A stretch of 64,000 nucleotides of DNA from a virus. This document shows, in pieces, positions 38,906-47,055 of the stretch (positions within the stretch are counted from its first letter, which is position 1; each line of letters begins with the position of its first letter). Both the position numbers and the translations under genes were made by a program. Under the pieces are notes generated by a model that searched no databases, was not told where the DNA came from, and saw only the letters and a program-made list of their open reading frames with translations. Where the stretch lies: positions 35,001-99,000 of IMG/VR virus record IMGVR_UViG_3300022920_000004; one strand, 5' to 3'.

Positions 38906-39162
38906 TGGGATTAAATAGACAAGCTAAAAGGATTGAACGTAAGAAAGCATTAAAAGATGCTAAGTTTCATAAGAAAGAGTTTTACGCTAAGTTAAATGAG
39001 TTAGATTATATATCTAGCTTATTAGCTGTAGAAGGTGTTATACTTACTGAGGATAACATTGTAGAGGAAGTTGCTAAGGTATCTTCTATTACTTTAGGTG
39101 CTATGGAGAAGATGATATTAATTAATAAACAAAGTCAGTTAGATGAAAAAGATAACACTTAA
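38905..39162 (+). CDS. Hypothetical protein
   Basis: 85-aa ORF, TAATG coupling. Confidence 0.55.
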   Translation: MGLNRQAKRIERKKALKDAKFHKKEFYAKLNELDYISSLLAVEGVILTEDNIVEEVAKVSSITLGAMEKMILINKQSQLDEKDNT

Positions 39163-39433
39163 AAATGTTAAAAGCTTCATTAGAGGACATTATAATTTAT
39201 ACTTAGATAAACTAGGTATGTATCCTAGACATAAACAAGAACAAATCCTGTATAGAATATCTCTATGCAGTGATTGTGTTTCTAATAAAGGTTGTAAGTA
39301 TTGTGGTTGTGCTCCTAATAAAAAGGTTTATGATGATAAGTCTTGTAATGATGGTGAAAGGTTTCCTGATATGCTTAATGAAGTAGAATGGGATAAGTTT
39401 AAAATTGATAATAAAATAACTGTAGATGAATAA
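39143..39433 (+). CDS. Cys-rich Zn-binding protein
   Basis: CSDC...CKYCGC...SC. Confidence 0.65.
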   Translation: MKKITLKNVKSFIRGHYNLYLDKLGMYPRHKQEQILYRISLCSDCVSNKGCKYCGCAPNKKVYDDKSCNDGERFPDMLNEVEWDKFKIDNKITVDE

Positions 39434-39598
39434 CTACGTAGAAGACCATAATAAAGTATCTGAAGCTATAACTGCTGTAGAAGATATGACAACTATGTTA
39501 GAGGTGTTTATGGAGAATACTAATACTAATATACAGTTTGAACCATCTGTAAATAAAGTTGATGGTAAATGGAGATCTGAATTAAAAATATATAAATA

Positions 39599-39958
39599 AT
39601 GGAGAAATATTATACACCTGAAATTGAAGAGTTTCATGTTGGTTTTGAATATGAATATAATTACGAAGAAGGTATTACTAGGGTTTTAGGTACTAATGAT
39701 ACAGTAGATACTGAAGAGGTTAGAGTTAAATATTTAGATAAAGAAGATATAGAGAGTTTGGGGTTTAAGCTAGATAATGTACATAACGAGGTTAAATTTA
39801 ACTACTTAATGTTTCCTTATAGATTAGAGCATACACCTCATAACAACAGGTTAGATATCTATAAATGGGGTGACGAGTGCGATATGATAGGTTATATTAA
39901 CATCAAAAATAAATCAGAGTTAAAAAGATTATTAAAACAATTAAATATAATTGAATAA
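39599..39958 (+). CDS. Constant/variable family protein, copy 2
   Basis: YYTPEIEEFHVGFE / RVKYLDKEDIESLGF / IKNKSELKRLLKQLNI. Confidence 0.75.
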   Translation: MEKYYTPEIEEFHVGFEYEYNYEEGITRVLGTNDTVDTEEVRVKYLDKEDIESLGFKLDNVHNEVKFNYLMFPYRLEHTPHNNRLDIYKWGDECDMIGYINIKNKSELKRLLKQLNIIE

Positions 39959-40257
39959 TGGAAAGATTAGAATACCTTAACAAAGAATTAAAACATATAA
40001 CCTCAGTTAATAGAGGTGCTCCATTTCCATTATTTGATACGGAATATGTAGAATTAGTACAACAAGAAATAATTAATATAATGGATAAAATTAAAATAGA
40101 CTACGATGATGAACCTGTAGTATCTTGTAAACATTGTAAATCATTGTTTATTAAAGTAGATGAAGATGATAATAACTTATGTATGAAATGTGGTTCTATA
40201 AATGAAGTGATAGAACATAAAGATATATTTGATTACAAGAATAAATATAACAAATAA
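39958..40257 (+). CDS. Zn-ribbon protein
   Basis: YDDEPVVSCKHCKSL...CMKCGS. Confidence 0.65.
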   Translation: MERLEYLNKELKHITSVNRGAPFPLFDTEYVELVQQEIINIMDKIKIDYDDEPVVSCKHCKSLFIKVDEDDNNLCMKCGSINEVIEHKDIFDYKNKYNK

Positions 40258-40526
40258 TGAATAAGGTACAACAAAGTATTGTTCAGGATAATTATATTTC
40301 TAAACATCCTGAGTTATATAACATTATGAAACAACGATGTGAAGAGATGTTAAAAATTAAAACTATTGAATTCCATGATAAATTAGATGATAATAATTTA
40401 ACAGTTGTTGGAAGTGATAGTGGTAATATGTATTTTAAAACTGGTGTTGGAGAAATTACTAAAGAAGAATTTCTTAAAATAATGGAAGGAAAAACAATTG
40501 AATATGAAGAACGGGAAGATAGCTAA
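40257..40526 (+). CDS. Hypothetical protein
   Basis: 89-aa ORF, coupled. Confidence 0.55.
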   Translation: MNKVQQSIVQDNYISKHPELYNIMKQRCEEMLKIKTIEFHDKLDDNNLTVVGSDSGNMYFKTGVGEITKEEFLKIMEGKTIEYEEREDS

Positions 40527-40893
40527 TATTAATGTTAGTAGAAAGCGTTTATATTATAGGTGGTTAGAAATAACTAAACCTTTTCATAAACTAACTTCTC
40601 AACAACATAATATACTAAGCTTATTATTATACTATTTCTTTGAATATAGAAAGGATATAACTAATGATAAGTTATGTTGGAAGATGGTTTTTGATTACGA
40701 TACCAAGCAACTAATAAAGAAAGAACTTGGTATTAAAGACCCTAATCTACAGAATGTATTAACATCACTTAGAAAGAAAGGTGTAGTTATTGACAATGAG
40801 ATTGTATCTACTTATATACCAAATATAGAAGTTGATAGTAATAATTTTAAGATAATATTTAATTTTAATATTGTAGAAGATGGAAAGCAATAA
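40498..40893 (+). CDS. Winged-helix DNA-binding protein
   Basis: IKKELGIKDPNLQNVLTSLRKKGVVI HTH-wing pattern. Confidence 0.6.
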   Translation: MNMKNGKIANINVSRKRLYYRWLEITKPFHKLTSQQHNILSLLLYYFFEYRKDITNDKLCWKMVFDYDTKQLIKKELGIKDPNLQNVLTSLRKKGVVIDNEIVSTYIPNIEVDSNNFKIIFNFNIVEDGKQ

Positions 40894-41137
40894 AACTGTA
40901 ATAATAAAAAAATCTTTTAAAAGTAAACCTGATAGTTTAAGAGGGATACGTCCAGAAAATGCATTATTTCATATAGGAGACCCTGATATGGGAGAATTAA
41001 ATCATATTGAAGTTGAAGAGTTTAAAAAACTTTATGATGCTTGTAAACCTAAAAGTATTAATAATGTAGGTATAATAATAATAGGGACATCAGGAGAAAC
41101 CGATAATAATTTTAAAAATATTTTTTATGGAAAGTAA
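40880..41137 (+). CDS. 85-aa mini-protein resembling the TerL ATPase Walker-B/coupling segment
   Basis: PDSLRGIR...GIIIIGTSG...FKNIFY vs TerL PEKARGIR...GFMLAGGTGG...SEKLFY. Confidence 0.6.
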   Translation: MESNKTVIIKKSFKSKPDSLRGIRPENALFHIGDPDMGELNHIEVEEFKKLYDACKPKSINNVGIIIIGTSGETDNNFKNIFYGK

Positions 41138-41531
41138 ATACTATATACCAGATATATCTGAATTTTATGTTGGGTTTGAGTGTGAAGTTTATAATAAATA
41201 TTCAGAAGAATGGTATATTTTTTTATTTAACCAAGTTTTTGAAGACACATCTGTAGCGTATAATTTTACGGAAGGAAAATATAGAGTTAAATACTTAGAT
41301 AAATCTGATATAGAAAGTTTAGGGTTTAAACAAATAACTGATGACTGTTTTAATTTACCTTTAAATGATGATGAAGAACTTAGGTTATTGTATGAAGATA
41401 ATATTATAGTTATTTTCTTAGCTGACCAATATAACCGTAGTTTATTTAGGGGTTTAATTAAAAACAAATCTGAATTAAAGAAAGTTTTAAAACAATTAAA
41501 TATTGTAGATGAGGAAGAGAAGAAATCCTAA
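41127..41531 (+). CDS. Constant/variable family protein, copy 3
   Basis: YYIPDISEFYVGFE / RVKYLDKSDIESLGF / IKNKSELKKVLKQLNI. Confidence 0.75.
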   Translation: MESKYYIPDISEFYVGFECEVYNKYSEEWYIFLFNQVFEDTSVAYNFTEGKYRVKYLDKSDIESLGFKQITDDCFNLPLNDDEELRLLYEDNIIVIFLADQYNRSLFRGLIKNKSELKKVLKQLNIVDEEEKKS

Positions 41532-41796
41532 GCTTAAATCTGTAATACATAATATAATTAAAGATAATGAGATAACGGATCAACAGTTTGATGAAATAAC
41601 AGAATCTCCTTATAAGTTTACTAAAGAGACTATAGAGAAACTAAGTCTACAAACAGTAAATGAAGAAGAGTTTAATAAGTTAGAAACTAATTTTATGTAT
41701 AAGTTTATTGGTAAATTATATACTAATTATAGAATGGTTAAAGTAACACAAAATAGAGTATCAACATTTTTAAATAAGAATAAATGGAAGAAATAA
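41509..41796 (+). CDS. HU/IHF-like DNA-binding protein
   Basis: Two helices then NFMYKFIGKLY strand; position typical of crAss-like late modules. Confidence 0.5.
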   Translation: MRKRRNPKLKSVIHNIIKDNEITDQQFDEITESPYKFTKETIEKLSLQTVNEEEFNKLETNFMYKFIGKLYTNYRMVKVTQNRVSTFLNKNKWKK

Positions 41797-42143
41797 AACA
41801 CATGACACAGGAAGATGTAAACCAAGTAATTGAAGGTTTTCCAGTAGTACCAACATTTAATAAAGTATTAATTACTTTAAATACTGATGTAGAAGAAGAC
41901 GGATTAATTATATCTAATACTGGATTATCTGAAACACAATATATAGTTGCTAAAGGAGCTAATTGTACATTTGAAGTAGGACAGAAAGTTATAATTGATT
42001 TAGATAAGTTATCAGTTAAAGTACCTTCTGATACAGATCAAACACAAATGACTGTACAGATTAAAATTGATCCTATTCAAGTAGATGAGGTTATGTATAC
42101 ATTGATTGAAGATAGATTTATTAAAGCATTAGATAATAGATAA
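41784..42143 (+). CDS. GroES-like co-chaperonin
   Basis: PTFNKVLI, GLII mobile loop, IVAKG, VGQKVII, YTLIEDRFI. Confidence 0.7.
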   Translation: MEEIKHMTQEDVNQVIEGFPVVPTFNKVLITLNTDVEEDGLIISNTGLSETQYIVAKGANCTFEVGQKVIIDLDKLSVKVPSDTDQTQMTVQIKIDPIQVDEVMYTLIEDRFIKALDNR

Positions 42144-42148
42144 TAATT

Positions 42149-42460
42149 ATGAAGAAAACATTAAATAATACAACAGCTAATCAAGCTAAAGACCAAGTTT
42201 CTGATATTACATTTTGGGGTAATGGTGATACATTTAAATTAATAAGTAAAGCCTCTAGTAAAAAAGAAGGTTGGATGAAATCTACTAAAGCTATGGAAAT
42301 AGTTGGTGTAGGTTGTGTAGTTCAAGTTACAACTCAACAAGGTGATAATGTATCTGAAGCAGTTACATTTGTACCAGGAGTAAAAATAGAAGAGTCTTAT
42401 GACTCTTTAGATAATATAAATAAAATTGTAATAAGTAGAAGATTAATAGCATTTAGTTAA
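42149..42460 (+). CDS. Hypothetical protein
   Basis: 103 aa, beta-rich GWMKSTKAMEI.GVGCVVQVTTQQ. Confidence 0.65.
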   Translation: MKKTLNNTTANQAKDQVSDITFWGNGDTFKLISKASSKKEGWMKSTKAMEIVGVGCVVQVTTQQGDNVSEAVTFVPGVKIEESYDSLDNINKIVISRRLIAFS

Positions 42461-43018
42461 ATGAATCTATTTGAAATGAAAGATTGGGAACTCTCCATTG
42501 TTGAACAAGCATGGGGAATTCTCGCTTTTAAGAAGTTATTAACAAGAGATAAGTCTAAAGGTAAAACTAGGTCTCATTTAGAGATGCAGTTTATATGGCA
42601 TTATACAGATGTTAAATCTACTTATCAATATATAATTGACTTAGAAGTACGAACAGAAGAAATTAAGAAAGACATTGGATTACCTAAAACTTGGAAAATT
42701 GATAATGATGTGCAGGCTGCTATTGATCTTTATGAGGAACGTAGTAGTACTATTATAGAAGCTTTATATAAACAAACTTTAAAATCTGCATCTGCTATTG
42801 GTGAATATTTAGGTAGAACTAAAGAGTTGTTAGGTGAACGAGATGCTCAAGGTAAAATCATTACGGATATATCTAAGATTACTGGGGCTGTAAGTAAGAT
42901 GCCTAATTTAATGCGTGATTTAAAAGCAGCTTATAAGGAAGTTGTTATAGAGCAAGAGGAAGCTGATAGTAAAAAGAAAGGTGTAAGAACATTTAATACA
43001 TTTGAAGACGGTATATAA
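42461..43018 (+). CDS. Putative terminase small subunit
   Basis: RDKSK.K motif, helical, shortly upstream of TerL as in crAss-like phages. Confidence 0.55.
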   Translation: MNLFEMKDWELSIVEQAWGILAFKKLLTRDKSKGKTRSHLEMQFIWHYTDVKSTYQYIIDLEVRTEEIKKDIGLPKTWKIDNDVQAAIDLYEERSSTIIEALYKQTLKSASAIGEYLGRTKELLGERDAQGKIITDISKITGAVSKMPNLMRDLKAAYKEVVIEQEEADSKKKGVRTFNTFEDGI

Positions 43019-43019
43019 T

Positions 43020-43256
43020 ATGGAAGAAAATAATAGAGGAACGGGTAGAACTACTAGGTTAGTTCAATTTTATATAGATAAGTTATTTACAACAACTGAT
43101 GAGGTTATAATTTATGATCATTATGACCATAAAATAGCTCATAAGTTTTTAACTGATGCTATAATTAGACGTATGCATAATGAAATACTTCTTAGAAGAA
43201 AAGATCTTATTTTAAAAAGAATTAATTCAAATATATTACAATTAACAAAAATATAA
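43020..43256 (+). CDS. Small protein with N-terminal P-loop-like motif
   Basis: RGTGRTTRL; start set to ATG 43020. Confidence 0.55.
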   Translation: MEENNRGTGRTTRLVQFYIDKLFTTTDEVIIYDHYDHKIAHKFLTDAIIRRMHNEILLRRKDLILKRINSNILQLTKI

Positions 43257-44722
43257 TGGAAGAAATTATATCAAATAAAGAAGTATTAACTAAATTACTA
43301 GGTGGTATAGATAAACTAGCTAATACAGTTAAAGTAACTTTAGGACCGAGTGGTAATACAGTTATTATAGCTGATGAATATGGTAAACCTTATGCTACTA
43401 AAGATGGTGTATCAGTATCTAACTATATTAATCTTAAAGACCCTGTAGAAAATATAGGTGTTACAATGATTAAAGAAGTAGCTAAGAAGACTGCTGATGA
43501 AGCTGGTGATGGTACTACAACAAGTATTGTATTAGCTCAAGCACTTATAACTAACGGTATTAAGTTTTTAAACGATGGTGGTACTTATAATGATATTAAA
43601 GAAATTTATTCTACATTATTACCAAAAGTATTAAATCTCATTAAAGATGCCTCTACTACAATTACTGCTGATGATATTGTAGATGTAGCTACTGTATCTG
43701 CTAATAATGATCGTGAAATAGGAGAATTAATACAAGTAGCATTTAATCATTCCACAGTAGTTAAAGTTGAAGAAGGTAAAGCTATTAAAGATAGTTTAGA
43801 GTTAATAACAGGTGTAACATATCCTGTAACATACTTTAGTAAGAAGTTTATAACTAATGAAGCTAAAAATACTGCTGAGATTAATGATGCTGCTGTATTA
43901 TTACTTGGTTGTAAGTTAGATAAATTAGATAACTTAAAGAAAGTATTAACTTATTGTAATAAAGAAGAAAAACCACTATTAATAATAACAGAGTTTATTA
44001 GTGATGATGCTTTACATATGCTGGAGACTAATCATATTAATAATGCTTTAAAAATACTGGCAGTTAAAACACCTGGTTACGCTAACTATAGAAATGAGTA
44101 TATAAAAGATTTAAGTGATCTTACTGATAGTATTATTATAGATGATCTTTCTAAAATGGTTGAAGTAGAGCGATTAGGTAGAATTAAAAGTGTAACAGCT
44201 AAATCTAATGAAACGGTATTAATTCCATATGATGATATTGATATTGAGCAAAGAATTACCAACCTCTTTACATTAAGTAAACAACCTAATTTAGGAGGTT
44301 ATGATAAAAAGATTTTATTAGAAAGAATTGATAATCTTAATGGAAAAGTATCTATTATTAAAGTAGGTGCTAAGTCTGAGATTGAAATGAAAGAACGTTA
44401 TGATAGAATTGAAGATGCTGTGTATGCAGTATCATCAGCACTAGAAGAAGGTGTCTTAGAGGGTGGTGGAGTAGCTTTATATAAGATTGCAGACACTTTA
44501 GATATTGACAGTAGTAAATCACTACATTTAATATTACAAGCTCTTAGAGCTCCTAATAAGACTATTAATGAAAATGGTGCTAAAGTTAATCCTTTTATAT
44601 TTGATGATTACACAGTAGTTGATCCTACTAAAGTAACTAGATGTGCTTTAGAAAATGCAGCATCTGTAGCATTAACTATATTAGGAACTAAAGCAGTTGT
44701 ATTAAATGAACATTTATGGTAG
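43256..44722 (+). CDS. groEL: GroEL-like chaperonin
   Basis: TLGPSG, TKDGVSV, AGDGTTT, IKVGA.SEIEMKE..DRIEDA, EEG..GGG, VDPTKVTR.ALENA.S. Confidence 0.95.
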   Translation: MEEIISNKEVLTKLLGGIDKLANTVKVTLGPSGNTVIIADEYGKPYATKDGVSVSNYINLKDPVENIGVTMIKEVAKKTADEAGDGTTTSIVLAQALITNGIKFLNDGGTYNDIKEIYSTLLPKVLNLIKDASTTITADDIVDVATVSANNDREIGELIQVAFNHSTVVKVEEGKAIKDSLELITGVTYPVTYFSKKFITNEAKNTAEINDAAVLLLGCKLDKLDNLKKVLTYCNKEEKPLLIITEFISDDALHMLETNHINNALKILAVKTPGYANYRNEYIKDLSDLTDSIIIDDLSKMVEVERLGRIKSVTAKSNETVLIPYDDIDIEQRITNLFTLSKQPNLGGYDKKILLERIDNLNGKVSIIKVGAKSEIEMKERYDRIEDAVYAVSSALEEGVLEGGGVALYKIADTLDIDSSKSLHLILQALRAPNKTINENGAKVNPFIFDDYTVVDPTKVTRCALENAASVALTILGTKAVVLNEHLW

Positions 44723-46977
44723 ATTTATTAAGTTTAAAGTTAAACAAATATCAAACACCTATAACACAAGAATTAAAAGATTCTTTACATAAGGAAGTAT
44801 GGAATGATTTAGAAGAATATATTTCTACAGTATCATTTATAGAACATATGATATCAGATGAAACTGTTCGTGGTTATGCTAGAGATAAACCTCGTAATAG
44901 TAATGGTCGTATAACTGTAGACTTAACTAAACCTCATATATTAGAAGATATAGATTTTTTTAGAGAGAAAGCTTTATTCTTTGAAAAAAATGGTAAATAT
45001 ACTAATATACCTGTTAATTCAAACCCTAAATCAGAATATGCTGCTTTTTGGAAACAAGAGTTGTATAGATGGGAACATGGTTTAACTAGGGAATCTGATG
45101 GTGAATGGATACCAGGAGAATTATATTTTTACTGGAACTATAGTCCTATATGGTTAGTTAAAGAAGATAAAACTAATAGTAGTGATAATAAAAAGAGTAA
45201 AGGTAAGCGGGTTAGAGAATTTCCTAAACCTTGGTCTGGAGACTATTTATTTCATCATTATATAGAGCAAGCTAAAACTAATGGTAAACATGGTAAACTA
45301 TTAAAATGTAGGGGAATTGGGTTTAGTTTTAAATGTGCTTCTTGGAGCCCAAGAAATATGTATATATACCCAGGTTCAGGTAATCCTAACTTTCATTTAG
45401 CTTCAGAGAAATCCTTTTTGCAAGGAGATAAAGGAATTTTTGGTAAAGTAATGGATTGTTTAGATTGGATAGCTGATAATACACCTTTTGCTAAACTTAG
45501 ACTTACAGATAGTAAGAAAGGGATGGAAATTCAGTTAGGTTATTTAGATGATTATGGTGTACGTAGAGGATTATTATCATCTGTATTTGGTATATCATTA
45601 AAAGATAATCCTGAAAAAGCAAGGGGTATTCGTGGACCTTTAATTCATTATGAAGAAGACGGTTTATTTCCTAACTTAGAAACAGCTTGGAACGTAAATA
45701 GAAAGGCTGTTGAGGATGGAGATGTATCATTTGGATTTATGCTTGCTGGTGGAACTGGAGGAACTGAAGGGGCTTCATTTGAAGGATCTGAAAAGTTATT
45801 CTATAAAGCTGATGCATATAATATATATTCCATACCTAATGCGTTTGATAAGAATGTTAAAGGTGTTACAAACTGTGGTTACTTTTGGGGTGCTTATATA
45901 AATCGTAATAAATGTTATGATGAATCTGTTGGAGAATCTGATGTTGTAAAAGCGTTAATAGAAATATTACAAGATAGATTTTTAGTAAAATATAATTCAT
46001 CAGATCCAAAAGCTATTACACAAAAGAAAGCTGAAGAATGTATAACACCTCAAGAAGCTGTATTAAGAGTTGATGGTACTATATTCCCTGTAGCTGATTT
46101 GAAGGATTATTTAGAAGATATATTTCCACGCAAAGAATCTTTCTTAGCCGAACATTATGTAGGTGATTTAACATATAAAAATGATGGTGGGGTTAAATGG
46201 ACTCCTAATCCAAGTTTATATCCAATTAGATCATATTCTAATGTACCAGCTAATAAACGAGGTGCTGTAGAGATATTTGAAATGCCTAAAAAGAATGGTA
46301 GGGGAGAAATAGCTAGTGGTAGATATATTGCAGGTATTGACCCTATTGATGCTGATACAGGTAACTCATTATTCTCAATGTTAGTAATGGATACATTTAC
46401 TGATAGAATAGTTGCTGAATATACTGGAAGACCTAGAACTGCTAAAGATGCTTATGAAATAACATTAAAGTTATTAATATTTTATAATGCTCAAGCTAAC
46501 TATGAGAACAACTTAAAAGGTTTATTTAGTTATTTTGACAATAAGAATGCACTTTATTTATTAAGTGATACTCCTCAAATCATTCGTGATATGGAGTTAA
46601 CTAAAGCAACTAATGTATATGGAAATAAAGCAAAAGGAACTAACGCAAACGCTAGATTAAACAGTTGGGCTAGATTATTACAAGTAGATTGGTTATTAGC
46701 CAAAGTAAGTAAAGAAGAAGGAGCTGATGATAAGCGACTAAATATACATAGATTAAGATCTATTGGTTATATTGAAGAGCTAATATATTGGAATCCTGAT
46801 GGTAACTTTGATAGGGTATCTGCAGCAGGTATGTTATTTATACTAAGAGAAGATAGACTAAAACGTACTGTAACAGCTAAAGATAATCAATATAAAAAGG
46901 TTAATACTTTAGCTAATGATCCTTATTTTAATAAGAATTATAAAGGTGGTATGGGTTTAGATAAATTAATAAAGTAA
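44716..46977 (+). CDS. terL: Terminase large subunit
   Basis: YFYWNY, KCRGIGFS, HYEEDG Walker B, GGTGG, GIDPID, NYENN, GNFDRVSA. Confidence 0.93.
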   Translation: MVDLLSLKLNKYQTPITQELKDSLHKEVWNDLEEYISTVSFIEHMISDETVRGYARDKPRNSNGRITVDLTKPHILEDIDFFREKALFFEKNGKYTNIPVNSNPKSEYAAFWKQELYRWEHGLTRESDGEWIPGELYFYWNYSPIWLVKEDKTNSSDNKKSKGKRVREFPKPWSGDYLFHHYIEQAKTNGKHGKLLKCRGIGFSFKCASWSPRNMYIYPGSGNPNFHLASEKSFLQGDKGIFGKVMDCLDWIADNTPFAKLRLTDSKKGMEIQLGYLDDYGVRRGLLSSVFGISLKDNPEKARGIRGPLIHYEEDGLFPNLETAWNVNRKAVEDGDVSFGFMLAGGTGGTEGASFEGSEKLFYKADAYNIYSIPNAFDKNVKGVTNCGYFWGAYINRNKCYDESVGESDVVKALIEILQDRFLVKYNSSDPKAITQKKAEECITPQEAVLRVDGTIFPVADLKDYLEDIFPRKESFLAEHYVGDLTYKNDGGVKWTPNPSLYPIRSYSNVPANKRGAVEIFEMPKKNGRGEIASGRYIAGIDPIDADTGNSLFSMLVMDTFTDRIVAEYTGRPRTAKDAYEITLKLLIFYNAQANYENNLKGLFSYFDNKNALYLLSDTPQIIRDMELTKATNVYGNKAKGTNANARLNSWARLLQVDWLLAKVSKEEGADDKRLNIHRLRSIGYIEELIYWNPDGNFDRVSAAGMLFILREDRLKRTVTAKDNQYKKVNTLANDPYFNKNYKGGMGLDKLIK

Positions 46978-47045
46978 AAAGCTATATGCGTTCGATGTAT
47001 GTTTTGGATAAAATACCTAATTCTTGTATATTGAACGCTTATAAT
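46978..47045 (+). promoter_or_regulatory. Candidate late promoter / regulatory motif, copy A (before portal)
   Basis: AAAGCTATATGCGTTC...TTTG-N20-TATATTGA; colinear copy at 49436. Confidence 0.6.
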
Positions 47046-47055
47046 TATATTAAAT

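Noticed and set aside
40257-40526. Possible further MCP mimic (MYFKTGVGEITKEEF vs MCP FMLRTGERGAAQF)
   Set aside because: Only 2-3 identities; not supportable without a profile search
36825-41531. Diversity-generating retroelement behind the variable family
   Set aside because: No reverse transcriptase in the window; variation is not adenine-specific and includes length changes
24308-46977. Introns or inteins in polA, terL or other core genes
   Set aside because: ORFs are continuous and of ordinary length; no intein or homing-endonuclease motifs
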